A stretch of DNA of 42,273 bases, from assembly GCA_041556275.1 (NCBI GenBank), contig JBFFIU010000002.1, positions 1-42,273 on the forward strand, written 5' to 3'. A model generated the notes under the pieces. That model did no database searches. It saw only the letters and a program-made list of their open reading frames with translations, and had not been told where the DNA came from. How positions within the stretch are numbered: the stretch's first letter is position 1; each line of letters begins with the position of its first letter. Both the position numbers and the translations under genes were made by a program. This document shows positions 8,954 to 18,019 of this stretch, in pieces. Source of the DNA: Anaerolineales bacterium (lineage in GTDB: Bacteria > Chloroflexota > Anaerolineae > Anaerolineales > UBA4823).

Positions 8954-10717
8954 TTATTGACCTTCCAAAAGTTGCTGCCTGACCTGATCCGATGGAATAT
9001 TCATCAACACAACCAACCTCTCAACGACTTGACTAAACACTGGAGCAGCAACAATAGATCCCCAGGGGGAGGTTGTTGGCTTTTCCAACCAAACATAGAC
9101 CAGAAATTGTGGATCATCGACTGGACCCCATCCTACAAAGGATGCATTGGTCTGATTGCTTGTGTAACCAAATGGGGTTGGAATTTCTGCTGTCCCCGTT
9201 TTACCCGCAACTCGATAACCATCTACCAGGGCAACAGAAGACTCCACTTCCAATGAAGTAGAAAGCATATTTGTCAGCTTTTTCGCAGTTTCGGCAGAAA
9301 TCGGAGTGCCTGCGATGCGAGGAGATGTGGGGTACTGATGTCCATTATCAATTATCGATGAAATGATTCGTGGATATACCATCTTACCCTCATTGGCAAG
9401 TGCAGAAACCGCCATGACCATCTGGATCGGGGTTACCGCGACGCCCTGACCGAAGGAATTCGTTCCCAAGTCTGCTTCGTACCAATCTTCATCACCCGGT
9501 AATTTCAAGCGCCCTGGGTTCTCCCCAGCCATATCTACCCCAGTAAGATGTCCAATCCCAAAATCCTGCATATATTGGTAAAACTTATTTGCACCTAGTT
9601 GTTTTGCCACCCAAGCCAGACATACATTCAATGAGTGCTGCATGCAACCGAGCATAGATTGTGGTCCCCAGGCGCCACTATCCCAATTGCGAATTATTGT
9701 GCCACCTATCTCAATTGATCCGGTATCCAAAAAAGATGTCTTCGGCTTTACTACACCACTGTCTAATGCGGAGGCCATAGTTAAAACTTTATACACTGAG
9801 CCAGGCTCATAAGTCTCGCTCACAACACGATTGAATGGGGTTGAATCTACAAATATCTCGTCATAACGCCAGAATTCGTTTAAATCTAAACGTGGAGAGG
9901 TAGCAGCAGCTAATATTTCACCTGTCTTTGGGTTCATTACCACAATGGTGGCCGATTCTGATCCACTTTGCTCAATCGCATTTTCGACGATCCGTTCGAC
10001 TTCTTGTTGAATCACTCGATCTATCGTTAAAATTAAGCTACTCCCTTGAGGAACTTCGGGCAATTCCTCAACCCGATTAGGGTCGAAAGGTACCCAAACC
10101 CTCTTTGGTTCCCCGGCTAATTCATCATTGAATTTTTCCTCGATCCCAAAGAAACCTTCTCCTTCCCAATTTACGAAACCTAGAATATTTGAGGCAAGGT
10201 CTTTTTCTGGATAGCTGCGTTGCAATCGCGGCTCAAACGATAACCCAGCCAAGCTGGGGCGGCTAGGATCATTCTTATTCTCATATGCAACAGCCATCTC
10301 TTGAGCCAGCTGTTCTAAACGCTGCTTCTGTTCCTCCGTGACAAATCTGGCCAGAGTAGCATATACAGCCTCAGATGATGGAGCAGTACTTGCTGCAGCA
10401 AACACTTCATCGAAATCTGAATCGACAACTGCGTTCATTGCAAGATAAATTGTTGAGGTATTTTCAAATTCATCAAGAACCACTCCAACTTCATATACTG
10501 TATTGTTGCCAGCTAATAAGTTTCCTCTTCGATCGTAAATCTGTCCCCTGGCAGGTGTAATCGTTCGCCATGTCCCAGAATACAATTCACCTTTATCCCT
10601 CAAGGCTTGCGCTTGTGGGCTGATCTGAATTCGCAACATTTGGATGATAATAAACACCGCAAAAGCTGTGAGTAGAATTGCTAGGGTTGAATATCTCCAG
10701 GAGTTCAGCTTATTCAT
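8954..10717 (-). CDS. ftsI: class B penicillin-binding protein / peptidoglycan D,D-transpeptidase FtsI
   Basis: N-terminal TM anchor, then SxxK (GSVYK), SxN (HSLN) and KTGT motifs. Lies directly downstream of the ftsL-like gene with an ATGA overlap. Confidence 0.9.
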   Translation of the reverse strand: MNKLNSWRYSTLAILLTAFAVFIIIQMLRIQISPQAQALRDKGELYSGTWRTITPARGQIYDRRGNLLAGNNTVYEVGVVLDEFENTSTIYLAMNAVVDSDFDEVFAAASTAPSSEAVYATLARFVTEEQKQRLEQLAQEMAVAYENKNDPSRPSLAGLSFEPRLQRSYPEKDLASNILGFVNWEGEGFFGIEEKFNDELAGEPKRVWVPFDPNRVEELPEVPQGSSLILTIDRVIQQEVERIVENAIEQSGSESATIVVMNPKTGEILAAATSPRLDLNEFWRYDEIFVDSTPFNRVVSETYEPGSVYKVLTMASALDSGVVKPKTSFLDTGSIEIGGTIIRNWDSGAWGPQSMLGCMQHSLNVCLAWVAKQLGANKFYQYMQDFGIGHLTGVDMAGENPGRLKLPGDEDWYEADLGTNSFGQGVAVTPIQMVMAVSALANEGKMVYPRIISSIIDNGHQYPTSPRIAGTPISAETAKKLTNMLSTSLEVESSVALVDGYRVAGKTGTAEIPTPFGYTSNQTNASFVGWGPVDDPQFLVYVWLEKPTTSPWGSIVAAPVFSQVVERLVVLMNIPSDQVRQQLLEGQ

Positions 10718-11196
10718 GGTTCCACCTCCCGGATCAGGGGAGATGCGGGGTAAAATACTCGCTCACTCAACCAATCAAACAGAGATTGCGTGTATTCTGG
10801 AGAAATGGTTGGACTGCTTGGAAGAGAAGAACCAGGTGGTTCTGCTAAGATGACCTGTTTGGGATCTGCATACCCAGGGACTAAGATGTAAAAAATCTCC
10901 TCAGACTCAATCGGGTAGAATCCTAATTCCTCGGCCCGTTTTTCCATTTCTGTGTTTGAAAGCATGAATGCAAGTTGTGTCTCTAAATCTTCGATGTTTC
11001 GACTGACATCTTCCATTTGACGATACATAATCTGGATCTCTCGCCCGGCAGTCGAAGCCCGCGCACTCACACTTAAGTAAATGCCGGCAACCATAGCAAG
11101 CAGAATTAAAACCAGCATGAAGAGGCCGATCCACTGTAACTGCTTTCGCCACGGTGCTTGAGAATATGCTTGGGTAATACTCTGAACTCGGTACAT
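10714..11196 (-). CDS. ftsL: FtsL-like cell division protein (single TM plus coiled coil)
   Basis: 160 aa with one TM (WIGLFMLVLILLAMVAGIYL) followed by a heptad-like segment (IQIMYRQMEDVSRNIEDLETQLAFML). Sits in the canonical slot between rsmH and ftsI. Assignment rests on position and architecture, not sequence identity. Confidence 0.6.
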   Translation of the reverse strand: MYRVQSITQAYSQAPWRKQLQWIGLFMLVLILLAMVAGIYLSVSARASTAGREIQIMYRQMEDVSRNIEDLETQLAFMLSNTEMEKRAEELGFYPIESEEIFYILVPGYADPKQVILAEPPGSSLPSSPTISPEYTQSLFDWLSERVFYPASPLIREVEP

Positions 11197-11291
11197 AGTT
11201 TACTCTTGAGGATGAACCTTATGAAGGTAAATGACTTTCACCTTCATCCTGAATTACCAATATCAATTGTCTTGCAAGAGTAATGCCAGAA

Positions 11292-12227
11292 TTATTCAGT
11301 TGAAAGCTTTTCTACCACTCGTAATCGGGCACTACGAGCTCTTGGATTGCGTTCGATTTCGTCCTTCTGCGGGCGTACAGGACGACGGGTTATTCTTCTT
11401 ATACTTGCCAAATGCCCACAATCACAAACAGGCTGCTTCGGCGGGCAGATACAGTCGGTGCTCTCTCTACGGAAGAATTGCTTAACTATCCTATCTTCCA
11501 ATGAATGGTAGGAGATCACGGCCAACCTACCATTCGGGTTGAGCGAATCGACAGCCTGGGGCAACACTTCTTGTAATGCATCCAGCTCTTGATTCACCGC
11601 AATTCGCAACGCTTGAAAGGTTCTCGTAGCAGGATGCATTCCACGTCTCCCGCTACTCGTTGCATCTGCGACAACATTCGCCAGCTGCAGGGTTGTTTCT
11701 ATCGGCCGTGCACGAATAATTGCACGAGCAACTTTACGTGAACGCCGTTCTTCGCCAAATGTGTACAACAAATCTGCCAATTCTTTCTCCGAAAGATTGT
11801 TTACCAAATTGACTGCACGTACTGGATTGCGTAGGTCGAAACGCATATCCAGGAGCGCGTCTTGTCTGAAAGAAAATCCTCGCTCCGGTGTGTCTAGCTG
11901 CATTGAGGACAATCCAAGATCGAGCAAGATTCCATCCACCTTACCCCACCCCATCGCAGTTAATTGATTGGCAAGATTCGTAAAGGAATCATGAACCAAC
12001 TTTGCCCGGTTCCCAAATTCTTCCAGACGGGCTCGAGCCAACTGCAAAGCATGGTCGTCGATATCAAATCCCAAGATGAGACCATCCGGTTCGCTTGTCT
12101 TAAGAATTCCCCAAGCATGGCCTGCCGCTCCCAGTGTGCCATCGACATATCGTCCTGCCCGATGCGGCTGTAACAGGTGTATAATTTCATTGTAAAGAAC
12201 TGGTTGGTGAGGCAGAAGTTCTTTCAT
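11292..12227 (-). CDS. rsmH: 16S rRNA (cytosine1402-N4)-methyltransferase RsmH (MraW)
   Basis: HQPVLYNEII, DGTLGAAGHA, DLGLSSMQLD, SYHSLEDRIVK motifs. Follows mraZ. Confidence 0.96.
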   Translation of the reverse strand: MKELLPHQPVLYNEIIHLLQPHRAGRYVDGTLGAAGHAWGILKTSEPDGLILGFDIDDHALQLARARLEEFGNRAKLVHDSFTNLANQLTAMGWGKVDGILLDLGLSSMQLDTPERGFSFRQDALLDMRFDLRNPVRAVNLVNNLSEKELADLLYTFGEERRSRKVARAIIRARPIETTLQLANVVADATSSGRRGMHPATRTFQALRIAVNQELDALQEVLPQAVDSLNPNGRLAVISYHSLEDRIVKQFFRRESTDCICPPKQPVCDCGHLASIRRITRRPVRPQKDEIERNPRARSARLRVVEKLSTE

Positions 12228-12269
12228 GGGTAGTTACATTTTCTGGACAGATACTATCCAGGCCCAACT

Positions 12270-12713
12270 TCATTCACCGGTTGAGAGATCTAAATCCATA
12301 AACCGCATGGCATCCGGCTCACTCTCCTCCATCAAAGCTGTTTGCCCATGCCATTGTTCAGGTGACCAAATCTCAAAATAGTCACCCATACCGACAATCA
12401 CTGCCTCGCTATTGAAACGTAAAGTTTCACGAATAAACTGTGGTATAAGAATGCGACCTGTTTTATCTAAGGCAACGAGTTCCGCGTTAGAAAACATCAG
12501 GCGCTTTAGTAAACGAGCACTCGGATCGGTCATGCTAAGCCGGTTCACTCTTTTCGATATGCGCTCAAATATTGGTAGAGGATAAACATTTATATTTTGA
12601 TCGAATCCTTGGGTAAGGTATGCACCCTCAGCAGCCAGCAAATCCCGGTATCGAACCGGGACGGTTAAGCGTCCTTTTTGATCTATTGTATGGTGGTACC
12701 GACCTAAAAACAT
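12270..12713 (-). CDS. mraZ: transcriptional regulator MraZ
   Basis: Track ORF 12270..12863 trimmed to ATG 12713, which gives the canonical N-terminus MFLGRYHHTIDQKGRLTVPVRYR and a second SpoVT/AbrB-like repeat LDKTGRILIPQFIR. 147 aa. Confidence 0.93.
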   Translation of the reverse strand: MFLGRYHHTIDQKGRLTVPVRYRDLLAAEGAYLTQGFDQNINVYPLPIFERISKRVNRLSMTDPSARLLKRLMFSNAELVALDKTGRILIPQFIRETLRFNSEAVIVGMGDYFEIWSPEQWHGQTALMEESEPDAMRFMDLDLSTGE

Positions 12714-12754
12714 TTGTTCTATTATGCCTTTAACGCTCAAACGCCGGGTCTCCC

Positions 12755-12794
12755 GGCGCTGCACTTTGATCCACTTTCTCCCACAATTACACAC
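12755..12794 (-). promoter_or_regulatory. phased direct-repeat array (candidate MraZ operator)
   Basis: On the minus strand, four contiguous 10-nt units each start with GTG: GTGTGTAATT GTGGGAGAAA GTGGATCAAA GTGCAGCGCC. The array begins immediately after the predicted -10 hexamer. Confidence 0.5.
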
Positions 12795-12823
12795 AGTATA
12801 TACTAATTTTAAATTAATTGCAA
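12795..12823 (-). promoter_or_regulatory. sigma-70-type promoter of the mraZ/dcw operon
   Basis: The minus strand reads TTGCAA (12823-12818), a 17-nt spacer, then TATACT (12800-12795), about 85 nt upstream of the mraZ ATG. Confidence 0.5.
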
Positions 12824-12939
12824 GTATTTTTCTCCAAATTCCCCACAACTGTCTTTTAAACAAAATTGCCAGATATCAACTCACGCAATTTTGAAAAATC
12901 TGATTACAATCATCGACCTTGATATCAGGAGAATCCTTA

Positions 12940-14373
12940 ATGCATTTCGATTCGAAACAAAATGGATATGACACTTTATTCACCGGCTTAAACGCTGAAG
13001 TTCCATTACTCAATGGGGAGCGCCGTCGCTTCACTAACCTCGACAACGCAGCCTCAACACCTCCATTAAAGGCAGTTCAAAAAGCGGTAAATGATTTCAT
13101 GATTTACTACAGCAGTGTCCACCGTGGCACTGGTTATAAAAGTCAGCTCTCCACCCACGTTTATGAGATGGCACGCAAAACCGTGCTCAAATTTGTCGGT
13201 GCAGATCCCGAAACACATATATGCATTTTTGGAAAGAATACAACCGAAGCGATTAATAAACTCGCCAGACGGTTTCCATTCTCCGATAAAAGGAATATTG
13301 TCATCACAAGCGGAATGGAACATCATTCGAACGATCTTCCATGGCGGGCAGCCGCCAATGTAGTTCATGTGAAATTAACTCAGGATGGTCGCCTGGATGA
13401 ATCGGATTTCGATCAAATTCTTAAACAATATTCAAATAGAGTTGCTCTGGTCGCGATCAGCGGTGCCTCCAATGTAACTGGTATCATCAACCCTATACAC
13501 CGGCTGGCAGAAAAATCTCACAAAGTGGGAGCAAAGATCGCTGTTGATTGTGCTCAATTAGCCCCTCATCGCAAGGTGGACATGCTTCCCATCGATAATC
13601 CAGCTCATATAGATTATCTTGCGATTTCAGCCCATAAGCTATATGCCCCATTTGGAACCGGAGCTTTGATAGGATTGAAAGAAACATTCGAAAATGGTTC
13701 ACCAGACATAAGCGGAGGTGGCACAGTTGAATTCGTAACATTAGATGAAGTTACTTGGAGTGCACCACCAGAGCGCGATGAAGCTGGAAGCCCGAACACA
13801 ATTGGCGCAGTCGCTTTGGCTGCTGCCATTCGCCAACTCGAACAAATTGGCATGCAGGTGATTGCTGACCATGAGGCACACATAACTTCGAAAACCCTTG
13901 AAAAATTGCTCAAGATTCCAGGTATCGAGATATTTGGCAACGCAAATCCAGATCAAGCTTTTGAACGGTTAGGAGTCATCCCATTCAATTTGGATCAAAT
14001 CTCTCACTTCCTGTTAGCAGCAATTCTTGGTTATGAGTATGGGATTGGTGTTCGCAACGGTTGTTTTTGTGCCCACCCTTATATTCTTCACATTCTGGGT
14101 CTCTCCCCGAACGAGGCTCTCATAGTTCGGGACCAAATGCTTGCTGGAAATAAATCTGAAATGCCCGGCCTGATTAGGGTTTCTTTCGGACTTTACAACA
14201 CCATCGAAGATATAGAAATCCTGATTGAAGCGCTGAATCATATCAAGAATGGGCGCTACAAAGGTAAATACGTCCAGAACCGGGCTTCGGGAGAATACAC
14301 TCCTGAAGATTGGAAGCCGGACTTCGAAAGATACTTTTCACTGACCAGTATTATTGATCGATATTCGCTCTAA
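12940..14373 (+). CDS. class-V aminotransferase-fold PLP enzyme (cysteine desulfurase-like)
   Basis: NLDNAASTPP, SSVHRGTGY, ISAHKLYAPFGTGAL (PLP lysine) and VRNGCFCAHPY (active-site Cys region). Start trimmed to ATG 12940, with AGGAGA lying 7 nt upstream. Confidence 0.8.
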   Translation: MHFDSKQNGYDTLFTGLNAEVPLLNGERRRFTNLDNAASTPPLKAVQKAVNDFMIYYSSVHRGTGYKSQLSTHVYEMARKTVLKFVGADPETHICIFGKNTTEAINKLARRFPFSDKRNIVITSGMEHHSNDLPWRAAANVVHVKLTQDGRLDESDFDQILKQYSNRVALVAISGASNVTGIINPIHRLAEKSHKVGAKIAVDCAQLAPHRKVDMLPIDNPAHIDYLAISAHKLYAPFGTGALIGLKETFENGSPDISGGGTVEFVTLDEVTWSAPPERDEAGSPNTIGAVALAAAIRQLEQIGMQVIADHEAHITSKTLEKLLKIPGIEIFGNANPDQAFERLGVIPFNLDQISHFLLAAILGYEYGIGVRNGCFCAHPYILHILGLSPNEALIVRDQMLAGNKSEMPGLIRVSFGLYNTIEDIEILIEALNHIKNGRYKGKYVQNRASGEYTPEDWKPDFERYFSLTSIIDRYSL

Positions 14374-14436
14374 GGAATGGCTATCACCTCAAAGTATCTG
14401 TCCGTGAGTAAATCACTCTTAAACTATCTCTGATAG

Positions 14437-16698
14437 CTACTCCTCATCCCTGCTCAACGCATCCATGACCGCCACAGCCGCAATATTGACGATATCGCGT
14501 ACTTCATCACCGGTTTGTAATACATGAATTGGTGCACCCATGCCAAGCAGGATTGGGCCGATCGCTTGCGCATTTCCCAATCTGGCCAACAGTTTGTATG
14601 CAATATTAGCGGCTTCTAAGGAAGGGAACACCAAAACGTTGGCATCACTTACCTGGCTAAAAGGATAACGCTCATCCACTATCTCTTGAACAACTGCAGT
14701 GTCTGCCTGCATCTCGCCATCAACAGCAAAATCCGGACACCTATCTTTAATGAGTTTAACAGCCTTACGTACTCTATCAGATAATGGATGTGGGGTGCTG
14801 CCAAAATTAGAGAAAGAAAGCAGTGCAACGCGAGGCTCGATCCCCAATTCACGAGCATAATCAGCTGCGAGACATGCTATTTCTGCCAGATCTTCCGCAG
14901 ATGGATCAATATTGACAGTTGCATCTGTAAACAAAAATACATCTCGATCCACAATCATGATGTATACTCCAGACACGCGAGTAACATTAGAACGAGTATG
15001 ATGAATTTGTAATGCAGGTCTAATCACCTCCGGATAATCGTAGGTTAAACCAGATACAAATGCATCCGCATCCCCCATTTTCACCATCATCGGCCCAAAA
15101 ACATTTGGCGCACACACAGTCTTGAATGCGTCCTGCAATACCACCCCTTTGCGTTGGCGCAGTTTGTAAAATGCCTCTGCATATTGCTCGATCCGAGTGT
15201 AATTTTCCGGAAACACGATCTCAGGTTCATAATCCAGGCCAAGAGAGTCGATTTTTGCTTTTATCACTTCTGGATGACCGATGAGAACTGGCATTGCAAT
15301 CCCCTCGTCAAATATCCGGGCAGCTGCGCGAATTATTTTTGGTTCCTCCCCCTCTGCAAACACGATTCTTTTCTTCTGCGGGGCAGATCTGGCTTTATTC
15401 ATAATAAAATAGCGAATCTGCTGCCCCATACCTTGGCGAAAGGTTAATTGCTCCCGGTATTCGTCGAGATCAACTTTTATCCTGGCGACACCTGTCTCCA
15501 TCGCAGCTTCAGCTACCGCGGGAGATTCCCACAGCATTACCCGAGGATCTAACGGTTTGGGGATGATATATTCTGGTCCAAATTTAAGACTTTCCAACCT
15601 GTAGGCACTCAAAACACTGTCTGGCACATCTTCCTTCGTCAACGCGGCCAGGGCATAAGCTGCTGCAACTTTCATCTCTTCATTGATCGTCTTCGCCCGT
15701 ACATCCAAAGCACCGCGGAAGATAAATGGGAATCCAAGAACATTATTTACCTGGTTTGGAAAGTCCGACCTTCCAGTTGCGACAATTGCTTCTGGACGAA
15801 CTTCTTTGGCGAGATCATAATTTATCTCGGGATCTGGATTTGCCATCGCAAATATGATCGGCTGATCATTCATCGATTCCACCATCTCAGGTGTAAGCAC
15901 ATCCGCTATTGAGAGACCTAAGAAAACATCAGCGCCTCGCACAGATTCAGCAAGATTTCTCGTTTCAGAATCCTGAGCAAAACGCTGTTTGTACTTATTC
16001 ATACCTTCTTGACGATCTTTGGTGATTAAACCCCGGCTATCTACAAGGAATATATTTTCTCGTTTCACTCCCAATCGAACGCACAACTCGGCACAGGAGA
16101 TGGCGGATGCTCCTGCTCCGGAGATCGTCATCTTGATCTCTTCTAATCGTTTTCCGACAAGCTCAAGGCTGTTTAGCAACCCAGCGCTAGCGATGATCGC
16201 AGTTCCATGTTGGTCATCATGGAAAACTGGGATATCCAACATGCTCTTAAGAGTCTCCTCAATATAAAAGCACTCCGGGGCTTTGATATCCTCCAGATTT
16301 ATTCCTCCAAAGGTTGGGGCAATCGCGGCAACCACGCGGATTACCTCCTCAGGATCTTTTGTATTGACTTCAATATCGAACACATCGATATCAGAAAACA
16401 CCTTAAACAATACACCCTTGCCTTCCATAACTGGTTTAGAAGCTAACGCACCACGATCTCCCAATCCTAAGATCGCGGTTCCATTAGAAATTACTGCAAC
16501 CAGATTCCCTTTAGAGGTAAAATCGTAGGCTAATTCTTTATCATTTTCAATTTCAAGAACTGGGAAAGCCACACCTGGAGAGTATGCTAACGATAGGTCC
16601 CGTTGAGTTGATAAAGGTTTTGTTGGTAATATTGAAATTTTGCCTGGTTTTCCACCTTTGCGATGATATTCTAAGGCATCCTCTCTTAAACTACTCAC
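14437..16698 (-). CDS. maeB: NADP-dependent malic enzyme (malic enzyme plus phosphotransacetylase-like domain)
   Basis: 753 aa. N-terminal ALEYHRKGGKPGKISILPTKPLSTQRDLSLAYSPGVA, ISGAGASAISC NAD(P) loop and a C-terminal PTA-like domain. GTG start with AGGAGG lying 7 nt upstream. Confidence 0.9.
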   Translation of the reverse strand: MSSLREDALEYHRKGGKPGKISILPTKPLSTQRDLSLAYSPGVAFPVLEIENDKELAYDFTSKGNLVAVISNGTAILGLGDRGALASKPVMEGKGVLFKVFSDIDVFDIEVNTKDPEEVIRVVAAIAPTFGGINLEDIKAPECFYIEETLKSMLDIPVFHDDQHGTAIIASAGLLNSLELVGKRLEEIKMTISGAGASAISCAELCVRLGVKRENIFLVDSRGLITKDRQEGMNKYKQRFAQDSETRNLAESVRGADVFLGLSIADVLTPEMVESMNDQPIIFAMANPDPEINYDLAKEVRPEAIVATGRSDFPNQVNNVLGFPFIFRGALDVRAKTINEEMKVAAAYALAALTKEDVPDSVLSAYRLESLKFGPEYIIPKPLDPRVMLWESPAVAEAAMETGVARIKVDLDEYREQLTFRQGMGQQIRYFIMNKARSAPQKKRIVFAEGEEPKIIRAAARIFDEGIAMPVLIGHPEVIKAKIDSLGLDYEPEIVFPENYTRIEQYAEAFYKLRQRKGVVLQDAFKTVCAPNVFGPMMVKMGDADAFVSGLTYDYPEVIRPALQIHHTRSNVTRVSGVYIMIVDRDVFLFTDATVNIDPSAEDLAEIACLAADYARELGIEPRVALLSFSNFGSTPHPLSDRVRKAVKLIKDRCPDFAVDGEMQADTAVVQEIVDERYPFSQVSDANVLVFPSLEAANIAYKLLARLGNAQAIGPILLGMGAPIHVLQTGDEVRDIVNIAAVAVMDALSRDEE

Positions 16699-17075
16699 AA
16701 TATATCCTCCTGAGTTAGATTAATCATCCAGAAATTAGGATAACTCTTCATTATCCCGATTATACCTACTGAGGGACGATCATTTGATCTCCAATTCCTA
16801 GCGATCCTTTCAATTTGTGCTATTGAACTGGATTTCAAGTATAATAACAATACGCTGGATGAATTGAACAGCTCATCTAGTCAAATTAATAATTGAATAT
16901 TAAAAATTGGTAAAACAAATCGGCATATTATTAAACCACTATTTTGTCTAGATTTATTATTGATTTGTTTAGCCACGGAATAAACGAACAAAGTTTCGTT
17001 ACGATTTATTTTGAGAAATATTGTTTTGGTGGACGCGTATTTTGACGCGTTGTAGATATTGGATAATCAGGGAAC

Positions 17076-17104
17076 TTGACTGTCTCCCAACAATCAAAGA
17101 TACT
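17076..17104 (+). promoter_or_regulatory. candidate promoter for recX-rny
   Basis: TTGACT (17076-17081), 17-nt spacer, GATACT (17099-17104). This would give a leader of about 215 nt before the recX ATG. Confidence 0.35.
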
Positions 17105-17325
17105 TATGATTGGGAATCTATTTGATTACGGTGAACTTAGCTACTCCTTGTCAGTTGTGAATACCTAACCGATTCCATCCATATATCTTCGGAATCCTTA
17201 AAACAATTTTCTTAGACCTTGAATGATAATCTGCCGTGGCCAGAACCATTGATCACGGCATTATGCATTTAAAAAAATTGCAAAATTAGCCTCGGATAAA
17301 ACGAAGATATCGAAACAAACAGCAT

Positions 17326-17958
17326 ATGGGAAAAACGATAACTGCGATAACAGCCCAAAAGCGTGATAAGAAAAGGGTTAATATTTTTTTTGATGGGGAA
17401 TTCGCCTTCGGGATTTCACGGATTGTGGCAGCCTGGCTTCAGGTTGGACAAAATTTGACTGATGAACAGATATCTAAATTAATATCCGAAGACCAGGATG
17501 AGGTCGCATACCAACGCGCCATAAAGTTAATCACTTACCGTGACCGATCAATAGCGGAAATCCGTCAATCTCTTCACCAAAAACAAATACCTGAAGAAAT
17601 CATTGAAAATGTGATAAACCGACTGGGAGAGAATGGGCTCCTCGATGATAAACGTTTTGCGAATTTATGGATCGAAAATCGGAATGAATTTCGCCCTCGT
17701 AGCCATCGCATGCTTACTCTGGAGTTGCAAAAAAAGGGAATAAGCGAGGATATCATCTCTCAAGTCTTAGAAAACACGACAGCAGATGAAGAATTAGCCC
17801 ATAAAGCCGCCCAAAAACAAATTAGAAGGTATATGACCCTTGAATGGCAAGATTTTCGTCGAAAATTAGGCTCATTTCTCGCTCGACGAGGTTTTTCATA
17901 CGAAACAGTAGATCTGACGGTACATCAAATTTGGGCTGAATACCGATCTGAAAATTAA
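17326..17958 (+). CDS. recX: recombination regulator RecX
   Basis: 210 aa with three-helix-repeat RecX features: RVNIFFDGEFAFGIS, AYQRAIKLITYRDRSIAEIRQSL, DDKRFANLWIENR. Confidence 0.85.
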   Translation: MGKTITAITAQKRDKKRVNIFFDGEFAFGISRIVAAWLQVGQNLTDEQISKLISEDQDEVAYQRAIKLITYRDRSIAEIRQSLHQKQIPEEIIENVINRLGENGLLDDKRFANLWIENRNEFRPRSHRMLTLELQKKGISEDIISQVLENTTADEELAHKAAQKQIRRYMTLEWQDFRRKLGSFLARRGFSYETVDLTVHQIWAEYRSEN

Positions 17959-18019
17959 TTCTAAAGAGTATATACATGAAGTGGAGCAAACAATCTGTGA
18001 GGCAGAGAAAGGTATATAA

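Noticed and set aside
12714-12863. 50-codon N-terminal extension of the mraZ ORF in the track. Similar extensions occur for murC (2048..2104), rplR (34252..34374), rplF, rplD, rpsE, ftsW and the aminotransferase.
   Set aside because: The conserved protein N-termini, SD sequences or stop/start coupling support the internal starts. The mraZ extension would also cover the promoter and repeat array.
14374-14436. Search for a bidirectional terminator between the convergent aminotransferase and maeB genes
   Set aside because: Only a 4-bp stem (gtga/tcac) was found, which is too weak to call.
16985-16998. CGAACAAAGTTTCG, a Cheo/LexA-box-like sequence (GAAC-N4-GTTC type) upstream of recX
   Set aside because: It has one mismatch in the core half-site (TTTC instead of GTTC). 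It also lies about 78 nt upstream of the best -35 element, so it does not overlap a promoter. On sequence alone it cannot be distinguished from chance in AT-rich DNA.
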